Of a stretch of DNA of 64,000 nucleotides, positions 1 to 9,115 are shown piece by piece. The stretch is from Gemmatimonadota bacterium (GTDB lineage Bacteria > Gemmatimonadota > Gemmatimonadetes > Longimicrobiales > Gaopeijiaceae). Location: positions 1,824,001 to 1,888,000 of the forward strand of contig JAXHMG010000003.1 in assembly GCA_034521595.1 (NCBI GenBank), read 5' to 3'. Position 1 is the first letter of the stretch. The number at the start of each line of letters is the position of its first letter. Both the position numbers and the translations under genes were made by a program. Under the pieces are notes generated by a model. The model searched no databases, was not told the origin of the DNA, and saw nothing but the letters and a program-made list of their open reading frames with translations.

Positions 1-2
1 TC

Positions 3-1091
3 GAGCACCGGTCGCGAATCTACGGATTGGCAGCCCGCGCCATCGCCGCGCTCACCGAGGGTGACGCGGAGGCCGCCACGGAGGCTCTCCTTCAGGCAGC
101 TTCGCTCGAGGCGGAAAAGGGCGAAGCGCCACGGGCAGCGGCCTACGCCGACGCGGCCTACCGGCTCGCCAGAGATGCCGGAGACGCGACGCTCGCCTCG
201 CTCACCCTCCGCCGACGCGCACGGCACCGACGAGCCGAAGGGCGATACGAGGACGCGAGGCGCGACTACGAGGAGGCGCTCGTTCTCGCCGAGGCGGCCG
301 AGGACCCGCGTGGAGCGGCGGAGGCGTGTGTGGGAGCGGGCAACGTATGCGAAGAGCAAGCACGTTGGGGAGAGGCGGAAGATTGGTACCGTCGCGCCCT
401 CTCGCTGCTCGGCTCTCACGAACCTCCCGTACCCGAGCAGTGGCACGCGCTGCTCAACTTGCATGTCGTCCTCCGCTCGATGGGCTCCCTGGAGGGTTGC
501 CTCGAGCCGCTGCGAGAGGCCGAGGCGCTGGTCGAGACGCTGGACGACTCGTCCGCGGTGCCCTTCCTCGAGAACGCGTGGGGCCAGTATCACATGGCGC
601 TCCGGGACTTCGATACGGCGGAGCAACACCTGCGGCGGGGCGTCGCGGAGAGTGCGGACGCTCGCTCCGAGATCACCATCCGCCTGAACCTGGCCGAAAC
701 GCTCTTCGCCCGGGGCCGGCACCTCGACGCGGCCGAAGAGGCGCGTCGTGCAGAGCGGCGTGCCATCGTCTCATCCATGCCGCAGAAGCTCCCCGAGGTC
801 TACCGGCTTCTCGGGCGGATTCTCGCGGACGAAGGGATCCTGGACGCGTTCGTTCTCTTCGAGCGCGCGCTCCAGATCGTGGATGCTCGCGACCTTCCAG
901 CCATCGAGCGGGCACGGACTCTTCAGGCCTACGGCGAAGCCGAATCGAGCCTGGGTGACACCGCGACCGGCCGTGAGCTGCTCTCCGAGGCCGACCGCCT
1001 CTACGAGCGACTCGGAATCGAGCACCGCCGTGACGCGTGGTCGGATCGCTACCAAGGCGAGCGCCCGATCTCCGAATCGAATCAAACATGA
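3..1091 (+). CDS. Tetratricopeptide-repeat protein, probably 5'-truncated by the window edge
   Basis: Repeated TPR-like helices (e.g. GRYEDARRDYEEAL, WGEAEDWYRRAL). The frame is open upstream of the TTG at 27 to the window edge. The stop overlaps the next ATG (ATGA at 1088-1091). Confidence 0.8.
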   Translation, partial: EHRSRIYGLAARAIAALTEGDAEAATEALLQAASLEAEKGEAPRAAAYADAAYRLARDAGDATLASLTLRRRARHRRAEGRYEDARRDYEEALVLAEAAEDPRGAAEACVGAGNVCEEQARWGEAEDWYRRALSLLGSHEPPVPEQWHALLNLHVVLRSMGSLEGCLEPLREAEALVETLDDSSAVPFLENAWGQYHMALRDFDTAEQHLRRGVAESADARSEITIRLNLAETLFARGRHLDAAEEARRAERRAIVSSMPQKLPEVYRLLGRILADEGILDAFVLFERALQIVDARDLPAIERARTLQAYGEAESSLGDTATGRELLSEADRLYERLGIEHRRDAWSDRYQGERPISESNQT

Positions 1092-1756
1092 ATGCCCGAC
1101 CCCAGGAATCTCCCATGAAGAGATGGAAAGCATGCGCGACGCTACGCGGCACCGCCGCCGCGTTTCTCGCGATCGCGACGACCTCCTGCGGCAACCTGAC
1201 AGCCGGTGGAATCGGCCAGGCGACCGTGGCCATGTCCGGGGATGCGCCCGACCCCGCGGCTGCGCCTCCGATGGCCATCTTGTCGGACCCCCAACGCACC
1301 GACCACGACAATGATTACGACGACTCGCCGGAAGGAGAGGTGGAGGCCGAGCTGAGCGTCTTTCTGGTCGCCGCGGATGGTGGCCTGGTCGCACTCACCG
1401 ACGGCGACGTGGAGGTCCAGATGGACCTCGAAGGCACGGAGGAGCCGGAGATCGGCTCGCGCAACGTGAGCGCTACGACCTACACCGCGCTCCGGATGAT
1501 CTTCACCTCGATCGAGGTCGAGGTCGACCCGGGACTGGTCGTCAACGGGGACACGATCACCGGTGAGGTCGACGTGGAGATCGACGACGTCGACCTTCCG
1601 GTCGATCGTACGCTCGACCTCCAGATCGGAGACGGCGAACGCGTCGAGATCCTCATCGACCTGAACTCGGAACGTTGGCTCCAGGCGGTCGACCCTCGCA
1701 CCCAGACGGTGGACGCACAGGTCTTCGCGGAGCTGGTCTCGGTTCGAGTCCGGTAG
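1088..1756 (+). CDS. Putative lipoprotein, DUF4382-like beta-rich acidic domain
   Basis: Basic N-region, hydrophobic stretch and lipobox-like ATTSC. The mature part is acidic and beta-rich and ends ILIDLNS. Translationally coupled to the TPR gene; the start could also be the ATG at 1115. Confidence 0.65.
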   Translation: MNARPQESPMKRWKACATLRGTAAAFLAIATTSCGNLTAGGIGQATVAMSGDAPDPAAAPPMAILSDPQRTDHDNDYDDSPEGEVEAELSVFLVAADGGLVALTDGDVEVQMDLEGTEEPEIGSRNVSATTYTALRMIFTSIEVEVDPGLVVNGDTITGEVDVEIDDVDLPVDRTLDLQIGDGERVEILIDLNSERWLQAVDPRTQTVDAQVFAELVSVRVR

Positions 1757-1804
1757 GCGGCGACGCGTGGCCCCGAGCGCCGACGACGACCAACGAGGAG
1801 GCCC

Positions 1805-2848
1805 GTGATCATCGACCCGACCGGCTGGACGCTTTTTCAGAGCATCGCGGTATTCCTGGCCTGCACCGCGGCCATCGGCGTGTTCGGCACGTGGATCACG
1901 GGCGTGGTCGACCGGCTGGCCGACCGCACCGGCATCGGCGAGGCGATCGCCGGCGCGGTGCTGCTGGGCGCGTCGACTTCGCTGGGCGGTTCGGTGCTTT
2001 CCGTGACGGCAGCCTGGAGCGGCAACGCCGATCTGGCCCTGGGCAATGCCCTGGGCGGCATCGCCGTGCAGTTCGCGGCTCTGGCGGTGGCCGATTTCGC
2101 TTACCGGCGGGCCAATCTGGAGCACGCTGCCGCCTCGGCCGAGAACCTGATGCAAAGCGGCCTGCTGATCGCACTGCTGGCGCTGATCCTGATCGCGCCC
2201 ACCCTGCCGGATGTCACGCTGTGGCACGTCCACCCGATCACACCCGCCATGCTGGTGCTCTACGGCTACGGGCTGCACATGATCCGCGCCGCGCACGACA
2301 AGCCCATGTGGCGACCCACGCGTACGCGCGAAACGCGCGAGGACCGGCCCGAAGACCTCCGGCACGTCCCCGCGCTGGCGCCTTTGGTGGCCCGCTTCCT
2401 CGTCCTGATGCTGATTCTGGGCGTTGCCGGCTACACCATGGAGCATGCCGCTTCGAACATCGCCGAGGCCACCTGGTTCAGCGCGAGCGCGATCGGCGTG
2501 CTGTTTACCGCGACGGCGACGTCGCTGCCGGAGCTCGTGACGTCGATCGCCGCGGTTCGGCGCGGAGCCCTGACGCTGGCCGTCGGCGGCATCATCGGCG
2601 GCAACGCCTTCGACACACTGTTCACCTCGGCCTCCGACATCGCATATCGCGAAGGCTCGATCTATCACGCCATGCCGCAATCGGTGGTGTTCTGGGCCAC
2701 GCTGACCCTCCTGATGGCCGCAGTATTGACCATGGGCCTCATCCGGCGCGAACGGCAGGGTCCGGCGAGGGTCGGCGTCGAGAGCATCGTGCTGCTGGTG
2801 CTTTACGCCGCCGGCATCGCGCTGCTGCTCGGCATGGGGGCCGGATGA
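1805..2848 (+). CDS. Sodium:calcium (CaCA/YrbG-like) cation antiporter
   Basis: About 10 TM helices with two alpha repeats: GASTSLG...LALGNALGG and ATATSLPELVTS...AVGGIIGGNAFD. Confidence 0.85.
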   Translation: MIIDPTGWTLFQSIAVFLACTAAIGVFGTWITGVVDRLADRTGIGEAIAGAVLLGASTSLGGSVLSVTAAWSGNADLALGNALGGIAVQFAALAVADFAYRRANLEHAAASAENLMQSGLLIALLALILIAPTLPDVTLWHVHPITPAMLVLYGYGLHMIRAAHDKPMWRPTRTRETREDRPEDLRHVPALAPLVARFLVLMLILGVAGYTMEHAASNIAEATWFSASAIGVLFTATATSLPELVTSIAAVRRGALTLAVGGIIGGNAFDTLFTSASDIAYREGSIYHAMPQSVVFWATLTLLMAAVLTMGLIRRERQGPARVGVESIVLLVLYAAGIALLLGMGAG

Positions 2849-2977
2849 GGCGGGCGCGATGCGATCACGCCGTCCCCCACTCGGGAACGCCCGTTTCGGT
2901 ACGTTGGAGCCCGCCCTACATTCGCCCCTGAGACCGGACCCGCTCCGGCGCCTAGAGTCCCATCCCACCGAGAGGCC

Positions 2978-4639
2978 ATGTCGGAGCCTACCGACGAACA
3001 GCTCCACGCACGCTGGAAGGACGAGCCCGCCCCGCTGCTCCCCCTCCTCCACGCGCTGCACGACCGCGACGGACATCTGTCGGAGGACGCGCTCCGGGGG
3101 GTGGCGAGGGCCCTCCGGGTCCCGATCGCCGACCTCTTCGGGACGGTCACCTTCTACCATCATTTCGCGCGTGAGCCGGGCGGGCTGCACGCGCCGCGCG
3201 TCTGCACGGGACCGGTATGCCGCATGCGGGGCGCCGACACGCTCCTCGAGCAGCTCGACGGCGCGAGGCCGATGCCCTGCTCGGGCCGCTGCGATCAGCC
3301 CGTGCCCGTGCTCCGCGGCCACGACACCCTCGTGGGCGAGGCCGCCGACGGGCTCGAGCTGCGGGCCTCTCCAGCCCCTCCCCCGGCCGCACCGGGCGTC
3401 GAGGAGTGCGTCTTCGCGGAGATCCGCGAGGAGGGACGCGTCGGCCTCGACGGCTACCGGCGCACGGGCGGCTACGAAGCGCTCGGCACCGCCTTGGAAG
3501 AGCCGCCCGTGGCGCTCCTCGACGCACTCGACGCCTCCGGCCTGACCGGCCGCGGCGGCGCAGGCTTTCCGACCGGCCGGAAGTGGCGCGGGGTCGCCGA
3601 GGCTCCCGGAACGCCCAAGACCATCGTGTGCAACGCGGACGAGGGCGAGCCGGGCTGCTTCAAGGACCGATGCCTGCTCGATCACGACCCACACGCGGTC
3701 ATCGAGGGGATGGTGCTCGCGGCCCGTGCCACCGGCGCGACCCGGGGCTTCATCTACCTGCGTTACGAATACCCGGAGACGGAGGGCGTGCTCGAGCGCG
3801 CGATCGACGAGGCTCGGGAGGCCGGGCTGTTGGGCCGGGACATCCTCGGCAGCGGCCTCGACTTCGAGCTCTACGTGCGGCGCGGCGCGGGCGCCTATAT
3901 CTGCGGGGAAGAGGGCTCCCTTCTGAACAGCCTGGAGGGAAAACATCCGTTTCCACGCAACCGGCCGCCGTTCCCCGTCACGCACGGCTACGAGAACCTG
4001 CCCACGGTGGTGAACAACGTGGAGACGCTCGCTTCCGTCCCGCCCATCGTGCGCCACGGCTCGGACTGGTACCGGGGGCTCGGCCGAGGCGATCATGCGG
4101 GCACGAAGGTCATCAGCCTCTCGGGGGACGTGGCCCGGCCGGGCAACTACGAGGTGCCGATCGGCTTCCCGCTGCTCGAGCTCCTCCACGACGTAGCGGG
4201 CGGCCCCTCGGAAGGCCGCACCGTCCAGGCGGTGACGATGGCGGGTCTCTCCGGCGGCTTCCTCGGGGGAGACGACCTCGACGTCACGCTCGACGAGCCC
4301 AGCATCCAGGCGAAGGGCTCCTTCCTCGGCGCGGGCGGCATCATGGTCTTCGACGACACCCGGGACATGCTCGAGGTGGCCCATCAGGCCATGGAGTTCT
4401 TCGCGCACGAGTCGTGCGGGAAGTGCTTCCCGTGCCGAATCGGGACCCAGAGGCTCACCGAGCGCCTCTCGGGCGACGCCGGCCCCTCCGCGCTGGAGCC
4501 GTGGCTCCAGGAGGTCGAGGACCTGGGCACCACGATGATGGAGACGAGCGCGTGCGGGCTGGGCACGGCCGCGCCGCTCATCACGAACAGTCTCCTGAAG
4601 TACTTCCCGGAACGGGTGGCGCGCCACGTCGCCGGTTGA
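2978..4639 (+). CDS. Fused NuoE-NuoF-like diaphorase subunit of an NAD-dependent formate dehydrogenase
   Basis: NuoE-like N-terminus (VTFYHHF, CTGPVC...CSGRC [2Fe-2S]). NuoF motifs GRGGAGFPTG, NADEGEPG, GAGAYICGEE and ESCGKCFPC...CGLG [4Fe-4S]. Confidence 0.9.
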   Translation: MSEPTDEQLHARWKDEPAPLLPLLHALHDRDGHLSEDALRGVARALRVPIADLFGTVTFYHHFAREPGGLHAPRVCTGPVCRMRGADTLLEQLDGARPMPCSGRCDQPVPVLRGHDTLVGEAADGLELRASPAPPPAAPGVEECVFAEIREEGRVGLDGYRRTGGYEALGTALEEPPVALLDALDASGLTGRGGAGFPTGRKWRGVAEAPGTPKTIVCNADEGEPGCFKDRCLLDHDPHAVIEGMVLAARATGATRGFIYLRYEYPETEGVLERAIDEAREAGLLGRDILGSGLDFELYVRRGAGAYICGEEGSLLNSLEGKHPFPRNRPPFPVTHGYENLPTVVNNVETLASVPPIVRHGSDWYRGLGRGDHAGTKVISLSGDVARPGNYEVPIGFPLLELLHDVAGGPSEGRTVQAVTMAGLSGGFLGGDDLDVTLDEPSIQAKGSFLGAGGIMVFDDTRDMLEVAHQAMEFFAHESCGKCFPCRIGTQRLTERLSGDAGPSALEPWLQEVEDLGTTMMETSACGLGTAAPLITNSLLKYFPERVARHVAG

Positions 4640-4671
4640 CGCGCTCGCCGCCCGCATAGGAGTATGAGACC

Positions 4672-7461
4672 ATGAGCGAAACCGACGGATCGAACGGACG
4701 GACCCCGCGCGAGGCGCCGACCCTCTTCCTGGACGGGGAAGAAGTCCCGTTCACGCCCGGCGAGACCCTCTTCGAGGTCTCCGAGCGGCACGGGCGCGAG
4801 GTTCCCACCCTCTGCTACGACGAGCGGCTCGACCCGTTCGGTGGCTGCCGCCTCTGCGTGGTCCAGCTCGAAGGCGCCCGCAACCCGGTCGCCTCGTGCA
4901 CGACGAAGGCCGAGCCCGGGATGAAGGTGACGACGCGGGGCGGCCGGCTCGACCTGCACCGCCGTGTGCTGATGGAGATGGTCGCCTCGGAGAACCGTGA
5001 CATCGACGTCGATCCGCTCTCCGGCTACGCCTCTCAGGAGATGGCGCAGCTCGTCGACCGCTACGAAGCCCGCACCGGCCGCTTCGAGGGCAAGACGTCC
5101 GGCCGCACGAAGTCCGAGGACACGAATCCGTTCCTGCTGCGGGACTACGAGAACTGCATCTCGTGCTACCGCTGCGTGCGGGTCTGCGCCGAGCAGGAAG
5201 GCGACTACGCGATCAGCGTGATGAACCGGGGCTTCGACACGCAGATCACGACCGAGTTCGACGGCCTCCTGAAGGACTCCGCCTGCACGTTCTGCGGCCA
5301 GTGCATCCAGGTCTGTCCCACCGGAGCGCTCGGCGATCTGAAGGCGCTCCGCCACAAGGACGTGCCGGGCGAGACCGAGACGACGCGCACGATCTGCACG
5401 TACTGCGGCGTGGGTTGCGCGGTCGACGTGATGAGCCGGGGCGAGAAGGTCGTCGGAGTGCTGCCGGCCATGGACGGCCCGGCCAACGAGGGCGCGTTGT
5501 GCATCAAGGGGCAGTTCTCCTACGACTTCGTGCAGCACCCGGACCGACTGAAGACCCCGCTCGTGCGGCAGGACGACGGGGCGCTTCACCCGGCCACCTG
5601 GGACGAAGCCCTCGACCGCGCCGCCGAGGGACTCGGACGGGTGGTCGAGGAACACGGCCGGCACAGCCTCTACGCGGTCGCGTCGGGCCGGGCCCCGAAC
5701 GAAGCCGCGTTCCTCATGCAGAAGCTCGTGCGGGCCGGGTTGGGGACCAGCTACATCGACAACTGTAGCCGGGCCTGACACGCCCCCACAGTCGCCGGTC
5801 TGGCGGCAAGCATCGGAAGGGGCGCCATGTCGAACCCGCTGCGGGACATGGAGCACCCCGACGTGATCTTCTGCATCGGGACGAACATGACCGAGGCGCA
5901 CCCGGTCGCCGCGACCCGCCTGAAGAAGGCGAAGCGGCGCGGGGCGAAGATGATCGTGGCGGATCCGCGCCGTATCGATCTGGCGGAGATGGCGGACCTC
6001 TACCTGCCCATCCGGGTGGGCTCGGACACGGCGCTCCTGCTCGCCATGGCGCACGTCATCGCGCGCGACGGCCTCGTCGACCAGGCGTTCCTCGAAGCGC
6101 GCACGACCGAGGGGGCGGCCTTCCTGGAGCACGTGGAAGAGTTCACGCCCGAGTGGGCTTCCGAGATCTGTGAGGTGCCGGCCGCGGACATCGAGCGGGC
6201 GGCGCTGTTGTACGGCCGGGCCGAGCGGGGCGCGATCTACTATACGCTCGGCATCACCGAGCACATCTGCGGCGTGGAGAACGTGCAGAGCCTCTGCAAC
6301 CTCGCGCTCATGACCGGGAACGTCGGGCGCGAGGGGACCGGCATCAATCCGATGCGCGGCCAGAACAACATCCAGGGAGCCGGCGACTCCGGCGCGATCC
6401 CGAACAACTACCCCGGCTTCCAGCCCGTCTCGGACCCGGCGAATCAGGCCAAGTTCGAGGAGGCGTGGGGCACGAAGGTCGATCTCGAGGTGGGAATCAC
6501 GAAGATCACCATGCTCGAGCAGGCCGGGGATCAGATCCGCGCGCTCTTCATCGACGGCGAGAACACGGTGGTCTCCGACGCGGACCGGGGGCACGCCGAG
6601 GCGGCGCTCGGGAAGCTCGACTTCCTGGTGGTCGCGGACCTGTTCCTCACGGAAACCGCCGAGCTGGCCGACGTGGTCTTCCCGGCGGCCGGCTGGACGG
6701 AGGTCGACGGCACGCAGACCAACACGGAACGGCGGGTGCAACGGCTCCGGGCCGCCGTGCCCCCACAGGGCGATGCGAAGCCCGATTGGTGGATCATCAG
6801 CCGGCTCGCCCGGCGCATGGGCTTCCAGGGCTTTGACTACGAGGGGCCCGACGAGGTCTTCAACGAGCTGTGCGCGCTGTCGCCCATCTACCAGGGGCTC
6901 GACTGGGACCGGGTCGACGAGGGACGCTATCAGTGGCCCGTGCCGCACGCCGGCCACTCGGGCACGCCGCGCCTGCACGAAGACGTGTTCGAGAACGGCC
7001 GGGGCATCTTCAAGCTCACCACGTACCGGGACCCCGCCGAGGTCGTGGACGACGCCTATCCCGTCTGGCTCACGACCGGGCGGCGGTTGCAGTCGTATCA
7101 CACGCATACCCAGACCGGACGGACGGAAGGGATCGGCTACCTGCTGCCGGGCGAGGTCCTCGAAGTGCACCCCGGCGACGTCGCACGATGGGGCCTCGAG
7201 GACGGCGGCGTCGCACGCGTGTCGAGCCGGCGCGGGAGCGTCGACGTCACGGTACAAGCGAATCCGCGGTCACCCTCCGGGACGGTCTTCCTGTCTTTCT
7301 CGTTCGCCGACGTTCCGGTGAACGTCCTCACAGGGGGCGGCTACGACCCGGTCACGCAGACCCCGGAAGTGAAGGTGTGCCCCGTCCGGATCGAACCACT
7401 GCGAAGAGACTCGTCGGGTATCGGCCGGCAGCCGTCCGCCCTCGCGGAAAGCGGGCCGTGA
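4672..7461 (+). CDS. fdhF: Formate dehydrogenase alpha subunit (Mo/W-bisPGD), selenocysteine at TGA 5776-5778
   Basis: ORFs 4672-5778 and 5827-7461 are in the same frame. Read-through gives DNCSRA-U-HAPTVAGL, the FDH active-site motif. Also present: N-terminal [2Fe-2S], 2x[4Fe-4S], CTYCGVGC and MRGQNNIQG. Confidence 0.93.
5779..5807 (+). promoter_or_regulatory. Bacterial SECIS element
   Basis: Stem GTCGCC (5791-5796), loop GGTCT, stem GGCGGC (5802-5807), starting 12 nt after the in-frame TGA. Position and GGTCT apex resemble the E. coli fdhF SECIS. Confidence 0.85.
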
Positions 7462-7489
7462 AGGGCGCTCCGCTGGACTCGCGGGCGGG

Positions 7490-7726
7490 TCAGCGGATGA
7501 TCGCGAGCGGAAGCAGGACCACGTAGGCCAGAACCAGGAGCAACGGCGCGGCGGTGATCGAGCCCTGGCTCAGCAGCCAATACCCGACGCCGAGCGAGAC
7601 CATGCCCGCGGCGGCGAGCATCGCGTTCACGCGGGTGAAGCGCAGCGCGGCGGGGCGGTCCTTCACCGCACCGGCGTCCCCCCTTCGCTTGCGTCGGGCT
7701 CTGGATCGTGTCTCTTGGTTGGCCAT
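7490..7726 (-). CDS. Small two-TM membrane protein (DUF3098-like)
   Basis: Basic N-terminus, then F..VN.MLAAAG...GYWLL..GSITAAPLLLVLAYVVLLPLAII; 78 aa. Confidence 0.7.
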   Translation of the reverse strand: MANQETRSRARRKRRGDAGAVKDRPAALRFTRVNAMLAAAGMVSLGVGYWLLSQGSITAAPLLLVLAYVVLLPLAIIR

Positions 7727-7760
7727 GGCGGCTGAATCGTAGAGGTGGGTCGGGCCGGGG

Positions 7761-9107
7761 TCAATCGGCCCGGAGATGCTCCCGGAGCTCCTCCGGGTCG
7801 ATGCCGAGACGTTTCGCGGCCGCCGCTTCGTCGCCATCCGTGCTTTCCAGGACGACGCGCACGTGCTTGCGGATGGCCGCGGCCAAGGAAAGGTCGAGAT
7901 GTCCTGGGCCGTGGGGGTCCTCGTCCCCGAGGATGAGATGGTCGGGTCCGATCACGGTCCCCCGTGCCATGATCGCCGCGCGCATGAGCGCGTTCTCGAG
8001 CTCACGGACGTTCCCGGGCCAATCGTGGCCACGCAGCTTCGCGAGCGCGTCGTCGGAGATCCGGCGAATGTCCCGATGGGTTTCTTCGCGAATCCGGCCC
8101 AGCATCGAGTTGGCGATGAGCTCAACGTCGTCGGGACGCGCGCGCAGGGGCGGCACTTCGATCTCGACGACGTTGAGGCGAAAGTAGAGGTCTTCGCGGA
8201 ACCGTCCGTCTTCGATGAGCTCCTCGATCGGCTGATGCGTGGCGGCGACGATGCGCGCATCGGTGCGCCGTACGTCCTCACCACCGACCGGGTAGAAGCG
8301 GCGTTCCTGCAGCACCCGCAGGAGCTTGGTCTGGAACTCCGGACTGGTGTCGCCGATCTCGTCGAGAAAGACCGTGCCCTTCTTGGCGAGCTCGAAATAG
8401 CCCTTCCGCCCGCTCGACGCCCCGGTGAACGCTCCCTTCACGTGGCCGAACAGCTCCGACTCCAGCAGCGTGTCGGTCACCGCCGTGCAGTTCACGGCGA
8501 TGAACGGCTCATCCGCGTAGACCGAGTGCTGGTGGATCGCTCGGGCGATCACCTCCTTTCCGGTCCCCGTCTCACCCCGCACGAGCACGGTCGCCCGGTT
8601 CTTCGCCAGCACTCCGATCGTCTTGTAGATCTCGATCATGCGCGGGTTGCGGCCGACGAGCTTTCCCCGGGGAAGCGCATCCAGATCCTCCGGCGTGTCC
8701 CCGTGTTCTCCCGCGTCGACGGTGAGCGCCTGCTCGCGGAAGCACCGTTCGGCGAGTCCCTGTACGGCTTTCGGATCGACCGGCTTCACCAGGAAATCGA
8801 ACGCCCCGGATTTCATGGCGGAAACGGCCGTCTCCATATCGTCGTGGGCCGTCATCACCACGACCTCCACCTGATCCATCGACTCCCGAACGCGCTCGAG
8901 GAGCGCCAACCCGTCCATGTCGCCCATGCGCACGTCGGTGACGATCAAGCCTGGGTCGAACGCGTTCACCCGCGCCAGCGCCGTCTCGGCGCTTTCGGCC
9001 GTCTCCACGTCATAGCCGGCATGCTCGAGGCGGGTGCGGAGCACGTCGAGGGCGTCGACATCGTCGTCGACGACGAGGATCCGCTGGGGGGAGGGACGCT
9101 GGCTCAT
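7761..9107 (-). CDS. Sigma-54-dependent response regulator (NtrC/AtoC family)
   Basis: Receiver domain (VVDDD, TDVRM, KP), Walker [40 protein letters not shown]. Confidence 0.93.
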   Translation of the reverse strand: MSQRPSPQRILVVDDDVDALDVLRTRLEHAGYDVETAESAETALARVNAFDPGLIVTDVRMGDMDGLALLERVRESMDQVEVVVMTAHDDMETAVSAMKSGAFDFLVKPVDPKAVQGLAERCFREQALTVDAGEHGDTPEDLDALPRGKLVGRNPRMIEIYKTIGVLAKNRATVLVRGETGTGKEVIARAIHQHSVYADEPFIAVNCTAVTDTLLESELFGHVKGAFTGASSGRKGYFELAKKGTVFLDEIGDTSPEFQTKLLRVLQERRFYPVGGEDVRRTDARIVAATHQPIEELIEDGRFREDLYFRLNVVEIEVPPLRARPDDVELIANSMLGRIREETHRDIRRISDDALAKLRGHDWPGNVRELENALMRAAIMARGTVIGPDHLILGDEDPHGPGHLDLSLAAAIRKHVRVVLESTDGDEAAAAKRLGIDPEELREHLRAD

Positions 9108-9115
9108 GCGACGTG

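Noticed and set aside
1142-7257. Very long antisense ORFs (1171 aa and 957 aa) and many similar ones elsewhere
   Set aside because: They mirror well-supported genes on the opposite strand, have Arg/Ala/Gly/His-rich non-protein-like composition, and are expected shadows in high-GC DNA.
4672-7461. FDH alpha as a nonsense pseudogene or two separate genes
   Set aside because: The TGA falls exactly at the catalytic Cys/Sec position and is followed by a SECIS.
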